From NCBI GenBank assembly GCA_013824115.1, contig PNNG01000030.1, positions 18,144-82,143 of the forward strand: DNA of 64,000 bases, written 5' to 3'. Both the position numbers and the translations under genes were made by a program. This DNA comes from Sphingobacteriaceae bacterium (GTDB taxonomy: Bacteria; Bacteroidota; Bacteroidia; UBA7662). The notes beneath the pieces were generated by a model. The model had not been told where the DNA came from. It did not search any database and saw only the letters and a program-made list of their open reading frames with translations. This document shows, in pieces, positions 19,097 to 29,290 of this stretch (its first letter is position 1; the number at the start of each line of letters is the position of its first letter).

Positions 19097-19891
19097 TTAT
19101 ATCCGAGATACTTGTGCTAACATTTCGGCATGCACCCGGGCATTGGCAGCCAAAATTTCGCGACCAAAGAGGTAGGTGTTTCCTCCTTTAAAATCGGTTA
19201 CTCTTCCGCCAGCCTCTGCTACCAGCAAGGCCCCAGCCGCCACATCGTAGCTGTTGAGGTTGTACTCGAAATAGCCTTCAAATCTACCGCAAGCCACATA
19301 GGCCAAGTCGAGGGCGGCCGAACCCAAACGCCGCATGCCTTGGGTGTGCTGCATGAAATAGCGGAGCACATCGAGGTAGTTTTCGATGCGGTCGAAAGCG
19401 TAATAGGGGAAGCCGGTGGCCAAGAGGGCCTGATCGAGCTCGGGCACGTCCGAGACCCGTATGGTTTTGCCATTTAATCGCGCACCGCCACCCTGATGGG
19501 CCGAAAAACACTCGCCGCGGTTCGATTCGTACACCACGCCTACCAGCAGCTCGTCACCGGCGGCCAAAGCTACACTGATAGAAAAGAAGGGCAGTCCGTG
19601 CGTAAAATTGGTGGTGCCATCCAAGGGGTCGATGATCCAGTGCAGGGCCTTGTCTTCCTGTGCCACGGTGCCTTCTTCGGTAATAAAGCCGGCTTCGGGC
19701 AGCAGCTGTTGCAAGCCCGCCACCAACTGTTTTTCCGATTCGCGGTCTACATAACTCACCAAATCATGCACACCCTTGTGCTCGATGCTGCTGCGCTCAA
19801 AAACGGCCAATTCCTGCCGCTGGAAGACGGCTACTTGCCGGGCGAGTTCACAAACGGCTGTTTCAAGGGAGGCTAAGGGGAGCTGGGTCAT
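19097..19891 (-). CDS. suhB: Inositol monophosphatase family protein (SuhB-like)
   Basis: Start trimmed to MTQLPL (ATG at 19891, overlapping the lnt stop as ATGA). Motifs are DLVSYVDRESE, WIIDPLDGTTNF and RRLGSAALDLAYVA. Confidence 0.85.
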   Translation of the reverse strand: MTQLPLASLETAVCELARQVAVFQRQELAVFERSSIEHKGVHDLVSYVDRESEKQLVAGLQQLLPEAGFITEEGTVAQEDKALHWIIDPLDGTTNFTHGLPFFSISVALAAGDELLVGVVYESNRGECFSAHQGGGARLNGKTIRVSDVPELDQALLATGFPYYAFDRIENYLDVLRYFMQHTQGMRRLGSAALDLAYVACGRFEGYFEYNLNSYDVAAGALLVAEAGGRVTDFKGGNTYLFGREILAANARVHAEMLAQVSRI

Positions 19892-21561
19892 GCTTTGAGT
19901 CGTTTGGCCGAACGCGATTTGCTGAAGGCGATGAGGTAAATGAGCACGCCTAAAAAGGCAGCGGTGCGACCCAAATAATCGCCGTACTGGCTGTAAAAAG
20001 TGAGCTTTTCGTTGAGGTGTACCTGGCTGGTGAGGCTCGTTTGCTCCCACCATCCGGTTTGCGCTACCACATCGCCCCGCTGGTTGATGAAGCAGCTGAT
20101 GCCGGTATTGGCCGAACGCACCACATCGCGGCGGTTTTCAATGGCCCGCAAACGGGCATAGGCCATGTGCTGGCGGTAACCATCGGTATCGCCCCACCAG
20201 CCGTCGTTGGTAATCACCGCCAGCAGATTCGCGCCTTTGTTGCGCACATAACCGGTTACAAAATCGCCGAAAATAGATTCGTAGCAGATCACCGGGGCGG
20301 CTTTTATCCCTCCGTTTTGAAAGGCCTCCCGTTCAGCCTGTTTGCCCAGCTGGCCAGTCATGCCGCCCAAATCGACCGACAATTTGTTCAAAAAGCCCAG
20401 CAGCTTGGGATAGGGCATCTTCTCCACGCCAATCACGAGCATCGATTTGTGGTATACCCCCATGGGTTGCCCCACTTGAAAAAACAAGGCCGAATTGTGC
20501 GAAATGTACTTCTGGCCATTGCCCAAATTGCGTGCGAAATCGGGCGCTTCATTTTCGGCATATACGGTGAGCGCACTGGCACCGGCCACCAACGAAGGGC
20601 CTTCGTAATTGCTGAGGAAATGCTGTATTTGGTCGGCCTGCCAGTTCGACTGACCAGTCCGATTGAGCCAAATGAACTCAGGAATGGATGTTTCGGGCCA
20701 AAATACCATGCGGGTTTCGGGCGTCATGGCCCGGTCGGTAAGCTGCAAAAGGGTGTCGAGCTGGTTTTGGTACAGATCTTCGTTGAATTTGGCGCCGTAT
20801 GGGTCGTAATTGGGCTGGATGACGGCCACTTCAGCAGTAACACCCTGCGGCTGGTAGCTGCTGTAGGTGCTCCACGACCAAATAGCCGGTACCAAAAAGA
20901 TTATGCCGGCCCTGAAGAGACTGCGAAAAGCCCGCCAACCCAGCATTTTTCGCTCCTCTGAATCGTTTTGCTGTTGACGCAATAGCAGGTTTTTGATGCC
21001 CTGATACAGCAAAATGTTCAACACCAATACCCACAAACTGCCGCCAAATACACCCGTAATGCTGTACCATTGCACCAAAGCAGGGGTGTTGGCAAAGGCG
21101 TTTCCAAGGATCAACCAGGGGAAGTCGAGGTCCCAATTGAGGTTGAGGTACTCCATGCCCATCCACAAACTCACCAGCGCAATCAAAGCTGTACGCTCGC
21201 CCGAGCGTTTTTTCACCACATGGAAGAGGTAAAAAGCAGCAGTCATGAGCAAGGTATTGGCAATGATGCCGGCCACGGCGCCAATTAAAGCAGCATTTTT
21301 CACCCACCAGGTGGCCAGGGTGTTAAAGGTTACGAAAGCCAAACTGCTCCACAGCCACACCCCACGCGAACCATGACCAGGCGAGTAGTAGAGGTCATCT
21401 TCAAGGAGCAAAAGCGGCACAAAAGCCACAAAAAGCAGATACACTTGATCGTAAGGCGGAAAAGCCAGCCAAAACAGCAGGCCGCTCAGCAGCACATAAA
21501 CGAGCTTGGCAGTGTTAGTTCCGGCCAGCCAAAACGATGACGAATTCTCCTTTGGGCGCAT
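19888..21561 (-). CDS. lnt: Apolipoprotein N-acyltransferase
   Basis: N-terminal polytopic region followed by a CN-hydrolase domain (VICYESIF, NDGWWG). The start is uncertain: MRPKENSS at 21561 would overlap rsmI by about 47 nt, and the longer track ORF is an overlap artefact. Confidence 0.8.
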   Translation of the reverse strand: MRPKENSSSFWLAGTNTAKLVYVLLSGLLFWLAFPPYDQVYLLFVAFVPLLLLEDDLYYSPGHGSRGVWLWSSLAFVTFNTLATWWVKNAALIGAVAGIIANTLLMTAAFYLFHVVKKRSGERTALIALVSLWMGMEYLNLNWDLDFPWLILGNAFANTPALVQWYSITGVFGGSLWVLVLNILLYQGIKNLLLRQQQNDSEERKMLGWRAFRSLFRAGIIFLVPAIWSWSTYSSYQPQGVTAEVAVIQPNYDPYGAKFNEDLYQNQLDTLLQLTDRAMTPETRMVFWPETSIPEFIWLNRTGQSNWQADQIQHFLSNYEGPSLVAGASALTVYAENEAPDFARNLGNGQKYISHNSALFFQVGQPMGVYHKSMLVIGVEKMPYPKLLGFLNKLSVDLGGMTGQLGKQAEREAFQNGGIKAAPVICYESIFGDFVTGYVRNKGANLLAVITNDGWWGDTDGYRQHMAYARLRAIENRRDVVRSANTGISCFINQRGDVVAQTGWWEQTSLTSQVHLNEKLTFYSQYGDYLGRTAAFLGVLIYLIAFSKSRSAKRLKA

Positions 21562-22192
21562 GGGTTTTGAAATGTTGGATGAGGTCGGCCAAGGTGCCGT
21601 TGAGGGTTTCTTCGAATTTTTTGGTGATTTCGCGCGATACGCTGGCTTGCCGCTCTGCACCGCAATACTGCGCCAGCTCTTCCAAGGTTTTGAGCACCCG
21701 GTAGGGCGATTCGTAAAACACCATGGTACGCATTTCTTCGGCGAGCTGCTTGAAGCGCGTTTGTCGGCCCTTTTTCTGCGGCAAAAAGCCTTCAAAACAA
21801 AAACGGTCGCTGGGCAAACCCGATTTCACCAAGGCAGGAATCAAGGCCGTAGCGCCGGGAGGGGCTTCCACTTCCAATCCGGCTGCTACCGCCGCACGGG
21901 CCAACAAAAAGCCGGGGTCGGAAATACCGGGCGTTCCCGCATCGCTGATGAGGGCAATGGTTTTTCCGGCCTGCAATTGGGCAATGACCTTTTCGGTGAG
22001 CTGGTGCTCGTTGAATTTGTGGTACGACTGCAGGGGTTGCTTGATTTCGTAATGTTTCAGCAGAATGCCACTGGTGCGGGTGTCTTCGCACAATACCAAA
22101 TCGGCCTCTTTGAGCAGGCGCAGGGTACGCAAACTGATGTCTTCGAGGTTGCCGATGGGCGTGGCGAGGATGTATAATTTGCCGTTGCTCAT
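21515..22192 (-). CDS. rsmI: 16S rRNA (cytidine1402-2'-O)-methyltransferase
   Basis: Motifs are LYILATPIGNLEDISLRTLRLLKEADLVLCEDTR and ALISDAGTPGISDPG. The MSNGK start at 22192 makes an ATGA overlap with the upstream stop. Confidence 0.9.
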   Translation of the reverse strand: MSNGKLYILATPIGNLEDISLRTLRLLKEADLVLCEDTRTSGILLKHYEIKQPLQSYHKFNEHQLTEKVIAQLQAGKTIALISDAGTPGISDPGFLLARAAVAAGLEVEAPPGATALIPALVKSGLPSDRFCFEGFLPQKKGRQTRFKQLAEEMRTMVFYESPYRVLKTLEELAQYCGAERQASVSREITKKFEETLNGTLADLIQHFKTHAPKGEFVIVLAGRN

Positions 22193-23379
22193 GGTTGTTG
22201 CCATTGGTCGGTAAAGCTACGCAACAAGCCGAAAATTTGGTGGTAATGTTGCCACTGCAGGCTTTCTGACCGATCGTTCGGATCGTGGTAGGCGGTTACA
22301 TCGCCCAGGGTGTACACAAAGATGGCGGGCACTCCTTTTTGGGTGAAAGGGTAGTGGTCGCTGTTGGCAGCATTGGCCCTTTTCTGCACGTTTTTGAGGT
22401 AGCTGTTCGCCCTGTTTAGGCTGTCGAGCAATTGGAAAGCGCGGCTTTGGGCCTCTCCATTCACCACCATCATGCCCTCGCTGCCACCGGCCATGAGGTC
22501 GAGGTTGAGCACCAGACTGATGCGCTTGAGCGGCACCAACGGATGGTTGACAAAATAATTCGAACCCACCAAGCCGGCTTCTTCGGCGGCAAAGGCGATG
22601 AACAAGAGGCTATAGTCGGGTTGATGCTGGGGCTGGCTGTAATGCCGCGCCAGGTCGAGCAGCAGGGCCGTACCGCTGGCATTGTCGTTGGCTCCCGGAA
22701 AGAGCACCGAACCCATGCGGCCCAAGTGATCGTAGTGTGCGCAAATGACGATAATCGAGTCGGGATGCTTTATGCCGCGCACCAAACCAGCTACGTTGGC
22801 CACAGTATGTGATTTGTAGCTGCCCGAAAAGTAGAAGTCGGCCCTTTTGATTTTGGGTGGAAGGGCCTTTTTGCGGACTTCCACATAGGCCAGCGGCCAT
22901 TGGTCGCGCCCCACACTCCAAGTAAACTTTTGGTCGGTGGTTTCGAGGATGAGTCGTGGGTTTTTGCCCATTTCTTTGGGCTGTTTGCCATTTTCAGCCA
23001 ACACCAGGCCTTTGCCGGGTTTGAGTTTTTGGGCTTGGCCGTGGCCCGACATCGGATGCACCACAAAGTCGGTACCCGGCACCAATGCCTGTTTGTTGAG
23101 CCGCAGGTACACACTGTCGAAGCTGTTCACCTCGAGCTTAAATGGCTGTAAATAATTGTCGCTGAGTGCTTGCAATCCCAGTTGGGCAAATTCGCGCAGC
23201 AGATAGTCGGCCGCCAGCTGTTGGCCGCCAGCCACATAACCGCGACCGTGAAAGGCCGCACTGCTCAGTGTATCTAAATGCCGGCGGGCGTAGGCTGCAT
23301 TTTGGGCAAGCAGCCATTGGCTGCTGCCAAAGAACAGCCCTAAAAAAAGAAAGGCGTAATTAAACGGCGCTGATTTCAA
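22189..23379 (-). CDS. M28 family zinc peptidase (secreted aminopeptidase-like)
   Basis: Signal peptide ..FLGLFFGSSQWLLAQ. Motifs are ICAHYDHLG, ANDNASGTALLLDLAR and FAAEEAGLVGS. Confidence 0.8.
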   Translation of the reverse strand: MKSAPFNYAFLFLGLFFGSSQWLLAQNAAYARRHLDTLSSAAFHGRGYVAGGQQLAADYLLREFAQLGLQALSDNYLQPFKLEVNSFDSVYLRLNKQALVPGTDFVVHPMSGHGQAQKLKPGKGLVLAENGKQPKEMGKNPRLILETTDQKFTWSVGRDQWPLAYVEVRKKALPPKIKRADFYFSGSYKSHTVANVAGLVRGIKHPDSIIVICAHYDHLGRMGSVLFPGANDNASGTALLLDLARHYSQPQHQPDYSLLFIAFAAEEAGLVGSNYFVNHPLVPLKRISLVLNLDLMAGGSEGMMVVNGEAQSRAFQLLDSLNRANSYLKNVQKRANAANSDHYPFTQKGVPAIFVYTLGDVTAYHDPNDRSESLQWQHYHQIFGLLRSFTDQWQQP

Positions 23380-23611
23380 AGTGGTAACGCTCCATGATCA
23401 GGTTGGCCAGCAGTTTTTTGCAGGCATCTTCTACTTCCTGACGGGCAGCGGCTTCGTTGGCGGCATCGAGCTGCAGGGTGATGTGCTTGCCCACCCGTAC
23501 GTTTTCTACATTGTTCAATCCAAGATTGCGTAATCCGGCTTGAACGGCTTTTCCCTGTGGGTCAAGCAGGGCGTCGTGGGGCATGATGTCGATTTCGGCT
23601 TTGAATTTCAT
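23360..23611 (-). CDS. purS: Phosphoribosylformylglycinamidine synthase subunit PurS
   Basis: Start trimmed to MKFKAEIDIMPHDALLDPQGKAVQAGLRNLG, the typical PurS sequence. 83 aa. Confidence 0.85.
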   Translation of the reverse strand: MKFKAEIDIMPHDALLDPQGKAVQAGLRNLGLNNVENVRVGKHITLQLDAANEAAARQEVEDACKKLLANLIMERYHFEISAV

Positions 23612-24294
23612 TTTGCGCGGTTTGTAAGCAGGCCGATGACCGACCAACTAATGTAGGCCAAAATTACAAAAGCCAATCCAAGGTAGGAGTACCAGAGGAG
23701 CAGAACGGCAGAAAAAAGCAGAAAAAGATAACGTGCTTGGTTGCCGGCCCAGCCAAAACTTTTGAATTTGAAGGCCACCATGGGGATGGGCGATAGAAGC
23801 AGGTACGACAGCAAGGCAGAAGCTGCGAGCAGGTACTCTTTGCGCAAACCATCTAACGAGCCAGCGGTGGAAGTGAAATAAATGGTAAGAGAGGCAATGA
23901 GGATGCCGTTGGCGGGCGTTGGCAGGCCAATGAATCCGTCGGTTTGGCGGGTGTCGTGGTTGAAGCGGGCCAAACGCAGGGCCGATGCCAAGGCTACGAT
24001 GAATACGCCATACTCGGTATACTCGATTCCGGGTACCGAAGCCGCCAGCTGAAACAGCAAAAAAGCGGGTAGCACGCCAAAGCTCACTACATCCGACAAA
24101 GAATCGAGGTCTTTGCCAATGGCCGATTGTGCGTTGAGGGCGCGGGCCGCGAAGCCATCCAAAAAATCCATCAGCGCGGCCAGGTACAACATACGTGCGG
24201 CGCCTGGCAAATCGCCCCAGGCGGCCAGACTGATGCCGATGCAGCCGAACAGCAAATTGGTGAGGGTAATGGCATTGGGTATGGCTGCGCGCAT
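23608..24294 (-). CDS. pssA: CDP-diacylglycerol--serine O-phosphatidyltransferase (CDP-alcohol phosphatidyltransferase family)
   Basis: IPNAITLTNLLFG...DFLDGFAARALNAQSAIGKDLDSLSDVV carries the DG(x2)AR(x8)G(x3)D(x3)D motif. Confidence 0.85.
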   Translation of the reverse strand: MRAAIPNAITLTNLLFGCIGISLAAWGDLPGAARMLYLAALMDFLDGFAARALNAQSAIGKDLDSLSDVVSFGVLPAFLLFQLAASVPGIEYTEYGVFIVALASALRLARFNHDTRQTDGFIGLPTPANGILIASLTIYFTSTAGSLDGLRKEYLLAASALLSYLLLSPIPMVAFKFKSFGWAGNQARYLFLLFSAVLLLWYSYLGLAFVILAYISWSVIGLLTNRAK

Positions 24295-24342
24295 GCTTTG
24301 TGGTTTGAAAGCCCTAAATTAAGGCGCTCAAAGCTCATTTTT

Positions 24343-25293
24343 ATGCGTAAGCTGCTTTTTTGCCTGTTCTTCCTGCCGCTGACTGCCCTGGCACAGTCAT
24401 CGCCCATCGCTTTTGCCATCCATGGCGGGGCCGGATTTGTTGATTCTAATAAGGTGAGTCCCGAATTGCGCGCCCGTTACCGCATGGTTCTCACCGAAGC
24501 GTCACTCACTGGCTACGGCATCCTCAAACGCGGGGGCACCAGCCTCGAGGCAGTGGAAGCAGCCATCCGCATCCTCGAAGATTCGCCGCTGTTTAATGCC
24601 GGTCGAGGCGCAGTCACCAATGCCGAAGGTTTTTGTGAATTGGATGCCAGCATCATGGATGGCAGCAAGAGGCAGGCCGGCGCAGTAGCCGGACTCACCA
24701 CGGTAAAGAATCCGATCACCCTGGCCCGTTTGGTGAAAGACAGCACCACCCATGTGTTGTTGATGGGAGAGGGCGCCGAGCGTTTTGCCAGCCAAATGCC
24801 GGTGGAAAGGGTAGAGCGGAGCTATTTCTTGGAGCGCGATCCTGATAAAAAAGGTGAAGTGCCTGCCTGGCTGCACGATGCCAAATTTGGTACGGTGGGT
24901 GCTGTGGCCCTCGACCGCAGCGGCAACCTGGCCGCTGGCACGTCGACCGGTGGCATGCGTGGCAAAAAGTTCGGTAGGGTAGGCGATGTGCCCCTCATTG
25001 GCGCCGGTACCTATGCCGAAAACGGGGTAGTGGCCGTGAGTTGCACCGGCCATGGCGAGTTTTTTATCCGACAAGTAGCAGCTTACGAAGTGGCTGCCCT
25101 CATGAAATACAAAGGAATGACGGTACAGCAAGCCGCTGATGCCGTCATCTACCAACAATTAAAGCCTATCGGCGGCAGCGGTGGATTGATTGCCCTCGAT
25201 GCCCAAGGCAATATCCATTTGCCGTTTAATTCGGGTAGCATGTTCCGCGCCTCGGTGGACAATGCGGGAAAAATTACGGTGGGCATTTGGTAA
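24343..25293 (+). CDS. Isoaspartyl peptidase / L-asparaginase (Ntn hydrolase)
   Basis: Start trimmed to MRKLLFCLFFLPLTALAQ. Motifs are AIHGGAG, SPLFNAGRGAV, and GTVGAVALD (autoprocessing Thr) followed by STGGM. Confidence 0.85.
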   Translation: MRKLLFCLFFLPLTALAQSSPIAFAIHGGAGFVDSNKVSPELRARYRMVLTEASLTGYGILKRGGTSLEAVEAAIRILEDSPLFNAGRGAVTNAEGFCELDASIMDGSKRQAGAVAGLTTVKNPITLARLVKDSTTHVLLMGEGAERFASQMPVERVERSYFLERDPDKKGEVPAWLHDAKFGTVGAVALDRSGNLAAGTSTGGMRGKKFGRVGDVPLIGAGTYAENGVVAVSCTGHGEFFIRQVAAYEVAALMKYKGMTVQQAADAVIYQQLKPIGGSGGLIALDAQGNIHLPFNSGSMFRASVDNAGKITVGIW

Positions 25294-25397
25294 GCCCACC
25301 CTTTGACTCTCATGGAGTCATATATTACGCTATCTAGTATTTTAGATATTTTGGTGTTTTATTTTGCTGCTATGGTAGGTCGTATTTGTATTTGACT

Positions 25398-25405
25398 TAC
25401 TTTTG
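25398..25405 (+). promoter_or_regulatory. Candidate Bacteroidota -7 promoter box (TAnnTTTG)
   Basis: tacttttg sits in an AT-rich region 48 nt upstream of the desaturase ATG. Motif match only. Confidence 0.3.
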
Positions 25406-25452
25406 TAGTTATAGTCCGAATATTTTTTCGGCTGAGAATTTAAATTATCTGA

Positions 25453-26523
25453 ATGCAATTACCTTCTATTCGCTTCTCGCGCCGCGACGAGCGAGGCTTC
25501 TTCCCCGAACTTCGTAAGAGAGTCGATCAATACTTCGCCGACAACAACCTCCGCAAAACCGGTGGTTCACGCATGGTCATCAAGGCCATCGCCATGTTGG
25601 TGTTTTATCTTACCCCGTATGCCTTGGTGCTCACTGGTATGTTTACTGGTTGGGCCTTGTTGCCTTTGGCCATTTGGATGGGCATTGGCTTAGCAGGTGT
25701 AGGCATGGGCGTTATGCACGATGCTTGTCACAATGCTTTTTCCGACAAGCAGTGGATCAACCGCATTTTTGCTTCGAGCATGTATTTGGTAGGTGGCAAC
25801 GTATACAATTGGAAAATCCAGCACAATACACTGCACCACACCTTTACCAACATCCACCATGCCGATGAGGACATTGCAGGCAAAGCCTTCCTGCGGCTCG
25901 ACCGCCACGATGCGCACAAGCCCATGCATCGCTTTCAGCACATCTATGGTCCGATGCTGTATAGCCTCATGACCGTGAGTTTCCACTTTAAAGATTTCCG
26001 TCAGGTATTCACTTGGGCCAGCCAAAGCAGTAAAGAAGTTTACCGCAAAGAGGTGATCAACCTCATCATCGGTAAATTGGTGTTTTTCACGCTCATGTTG
26101 ATGCCATTGTTTTTTACTACTATCACTTTCTGGCAGTGGTTGCTGGGTTTCATGGTGGTGAATTTCACCGCGGGATTCATCTTGGCAGGCATTTTCCAAT
26201 TGGCACACATTGTTGAAGAAACCGATCAGCCTTTGCCCAATGCCGAAGGTCAGATGGAAAACACCTGGGCCATTCACCAATTGCACACCACAGCCGATTT
26301 CGGTCGCAAGAGCTGGTTGTTGGGCTGGTATTCGGGTGGATTGAACTTCCAGGTAGAGCACCATTTGTTCCCCAACATCTGCCATTTGCATTACCCCAAA
26401 ATCTCGGAGATTGTAGAAAAAACAGCGCGAGAATTTGACATTCCTTACCACGCACACCCCAATATGGTGTTGGCCGCCGGCTCGCACATCCGCGCCCTCA
26501 AGCGCTTGGGTCGTGGAGAATAA
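25453..26523 (+). CDS. Membrane fatty acid desaturase
   Basis: Three His boxes: HDACH, HNTLHHTFTN and QVEHHLFP. N-terminal TM pairs are present. Confidence 0.85.
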   Translation: MQLPSIRFSRRDERGFFPELRKRVDQYFADNNLRKTGGSRMVIKAIAMLVFYLTPYALVLTGMFTGWALLPLAIWMGIGLAGVGMGVMHDACHNAFSDKQWINRIFASSMYLVGGNVYNWKIQHNTLHHTFTNIHHADEDIAGKAFLRLDRHDAHKPMHRFQHIYGPMLYSLMTVSFHFKDFRQVFTWASQSSKEVYRKEVINLIIGKLVFFTLMLMPLFFTTITFWQWLLGFMVVNFTAGFILAGIFQLAHIVEETDQPLPNAEGQMENTWAIHQLHTTADFGRKSWLLGWYSGGLNFQVEHHLFPNICHLHYPKISEIVEKTAREFDIPYHAHPNMVLAAGSHIRALKRLGRGE

Positions 26524-26552
26524 CCAGATTACACACACTAACCTTATGAATA

Positions 26553-26579
26553 AGCCCCCGGAATTCTGGGGGCTTTTTT
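26553..26579 (+). terminator. Rho-independent terminator
   Basis: Hairpin agccccc..gggggct followed by T5. Confidence 0.75.
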
Positions 26580-27043
26580 GCATTTGAAGATGCATAGTTA
26601 AACTGCATCAGGGCGTAGAATACGCGCAACTGATGTGCAGTGGATGATTTGTGGCTTCTCGCTTCTTTGGGTCAATGGTGACGTATAGCAAGCAATTTGG
26701 CTTTTAAGAGTTCCTTGTGCATTAATTGTATATCGAGAATATCGTGACGACCCATCCAGCGGAGTAATGCCCATACGTGGAAGAAATAGACTGGTGAAAA
26801 TGATTCTTCCTTCAAGTAAAATTTCTGTGCACAGCAGCAATTTGGAAATCTCGATAAAGGATGAGCGATTTTAAGTTTCTGATATAGCCGCAGGCCCTCA
26901 CCAGCCCGCAGGGCATTTACAGAGGCGCAAGACTTGTTAACAAGCCGCTGGTCGTCACCAGAGGCGCCGGCCTCTTAAATTAACCTTTCTTAGCGCTCAC
27001 TTTCACCCACAGCCCTTAGCTTTGACCAACAAATACATTCCCT

Positions 27044-29170
27044 ATGATGAAAGTTGTACCCATGCTGGCAGCTGGTAGCCTTATTTTGGCTGCTTGTGCC
27101 GACAAAACCCCGAAGGAGGAAGCCCTCGTGTATCCCGAAACCAAAAAAGTGGACCAAGTAGACGAATATTTTGGCGTGTTGGTGGAAGACCCCTACCGCT
27201 GGCTCGAAAACGATACCGCCGCCGATACCAAAGCCTGGGTGGAAGCCCAAAACAAAGTGACTTTCGGTTACCTCGATAAAATTGCTTTTCGTCCGGCCAT
27301 TAAATCGCGCCTAGAAGCGTTGTGGAACTACGAAAAATACTCAGCTCCTTTCGTAGAAGGCAAGTACACCTATTTTTATAAAAACGATGGCCTGCAAAAT
27401 CAATTCGTACTGTACCGACAGGCCGAAGGAGGAGAAGCAGAAGTTTTTCTTGATCCGAACACCTTCTCAGCCGGTGGAACCACCTCGCTTGCAGGCATCA
27501 ACTTCACCAAGGATGGCAGCTTGTGCGCATACCAGCTGAGCGAAGGTGGCAGCGACTGGCGAAAGGTTGTGGTGATGGATGCCGAAAGCAAAGCCATCCT
27601 CGAGGATACTTTGATCGATGTAAAATTCAGTGGCATCAGCTGGAAGGGCAAAGAAGGCTTCTACTATAGCAGCTACGATAAGCCCAAAGAAGGCTCGGAA
27701 TTGTCGGGAAAAACCCAAAACCACAAGCTCTACTTCCATAAATTAGGTACGCCACAAGCGCAAGATGTATTGGTATTTGGGGGCGACAAGCAGCCCCGCC
27801 GCTACATTGGTGGCTACGTTACCGAGGATGAAAAATTCCTCGTGATTTCGGCCGCGAACGCCACTTACGGCAACGAATTGTATGTACAAGATTTAAGCAA
27901 GTCCAACAGCAAAATCGTGACCCTGGTTTCGGGCTTCGACAACGAGCATGACGTATTGCACCACGAAAATGGCACCTTCTTCATCCAAACCAACCTCGAT
28001 GCACCCAACCGCCGCATCGTAACCGCCCCGGCTGCCAAGGCCACGCCTGACAATTGGACCACCCTGATTGCCGAAACCGAAAATCCGCTCAATGCCGGCA
28101 GCGCAGGTGAATACCTGTTTTGCAGCTATTTGAAAGATGCGGTGAGCATGATCCAGCAGTATGATTTCCAAGGGCAGTTGGTGCGCAACATCGAACTTCC
28201 AGGCTTGGGCACGGCAGCAGGCTTTGGTGCCAAACGTACCGATACCGAGCTTTACTACACCTTCACTTCTTACATCTATCCTCCTACCATTTTCAAATTA
28301 GATTTGGCAGCGGGCAAGTCGGAGCTCTACAAGCAAAGCGGGGTGCAATTTGATCCAGCGCAGTTTGAAAGCAAGCAGGTATTCTACACCTCGAAAGACG
28401 GCACCAAAGTGCCCATGATCATCACGCATAAAAAGGGACTGAAGCTCGATGGTACCAATCCCACTTTGCTGTATGGTTACGGTGGCTTTAATGTGAGTCT
28501 CACGCCCAGCTTCAGCACCTCGAACATTGTGTTGATGGAAAATGGCGGCATCTTCGCCGTGGCCAACATCCGTGGTGGCGGTGAATATGGCGATGCCTGG
28601 CACAATGCCGGTACGCAGCGCCAGAAGCAGAACGTTTTCGACGATTTTATTGCCGCTGCCGAATATTTGGTAGCTGAAAAGTATACTTCATCGGCCCGCT
28701 TGGCCATTGCCGGTGGTTCTAACGGCGGTTTGCTGGTAGGTGCTTGTATGACCCAGCGTCCGGAGCTGTTCAAAGTAGCCTTCCCTGCGGTGGGCGTACT
28801 CGACATGCTGCGTTACCACAAATTCACCGCAGGTGCCGGTTGGGCATATGATTACGGTACGGCCGACGACAGCAAGGAGATGTTTGAGTACCTCCGTGCT
28901 TATTCACCCGTGCATAATGTGAAGGTGGGTACCAGCTATCCGGCCACCATGATCACCACGGCCGACCATGACGACCGCGTGGTTCCTGCACACAGCTATA
29001 AGTTTGCTGCTGCCTTACAAGCAGGTCATGCCGGTACCGCTCCCGTAGTGATCCGCATCGACACCAAAGCCGGCCACGGTGCAGGCAAACCTACCAGCAT
29101 GATCATAGACGAGCAGACCGACAAATGGGCATTTATGTTCCACAATATGGGACTCGAGATCAAGTATTGA
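27044..29170 (+). CDS. Prolyl oligopeptidase (S9A family)
   Basis: DPYRWLEND near the N-terminus, GGSNGGLLVG (catalytic Ser), and ..ADHDDRVVPAHS..AGHGAGKP (Asp/His). Confidence 0.9.
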   Translation: MMKVVPMLAAGSLILAACADKTPKEEALVYPETKKVDQVDEYFGVLVEDPYRWLENDTAADTKAWVEAQNKVTFGYLDKIAFRPAIKSRLEALWNYEKYSAPFVEGKYTYFYKNDGLQNQFVLYRQAEGGEAEVFLDPNTFSAGGTTSLAGINFTKDGSLCAYQLSEGGSDWRKVVVMDAESKAILEDTLIDVKFSGISWKGKEGFYYSSYDKPKEGSELSGKTQNHKLYFHKLGTPQAQDVLVFGGDKQPRRYIGGYVTEDEKFLVISAANATYGNELYVQDLSKSNSKIVTLVSGFDNEHDVLHHENGTFFIQTNLDAPNRRIVTAPAAKATPDNWTTLIAETENPLNAGSAGEYLFCSYLKDAVSMIQQYDFQGQLVRNIELPGLGTAAGFGAKRTDTELYYTFTSYIYPPTIFKLDLAAGKSELYKQSGVQFDPAQFESKQVFYTSKDGTKVPMIITHKKGLKLDGTNPTLLYGYGGFNVSLTPSFSTSNIVLMENGGIFAVANIRGGGEYGDAWHNAGTQRQKQNVFDDFIAAAEYLVAEKYTSSARLAIAGGSNGGLLVGACMTQRPELFKVAFPAVGVLDMLRYHKFTAGAGWAYDYGTADDSKEMFEYLRAYSPVHNVKVGTSYPATMITTADHDDRVVPAHSYKFAAALQAGHAGTAPVVIRIDTKAGHGAGKPTSMIIDEQTDKWAFMFHNMGLEIKY

Positions 29171-29193
29171 GCTGCCGTTACTGCCATTAAATG

Positions 29194-29219
29194 AATCCCG
29201 CCTCGTGCGGGATTTTTTT
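29194..29219 (+). terminator. Rho-independent terminator
   Basis: Hairpin aatcccgc..gcgggatt followed by a T run. Confidence 0.75.
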
Positions 29220-29290
29220 ATGACACTGCACTGACATTGCAGCATTGTGTTCTCAGTTGTTTTGATTAGCTTGCTTTTCAAACACAGTCT

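Noticed and set aside
26598-27040. 80-aa ORF (26598..26840, -) and the 450-bp gap before the prolyl oligopeptidase gene as a gene or mobile-element remnant
   Set aside because: No family motif was recognised in any frame, and the frames are broken by stops. The only structure seen is a 12-bp palindrome, CTTGTTAACAAG, near 26932. It may be a decayed gene, but I cannot support a call without a database search.
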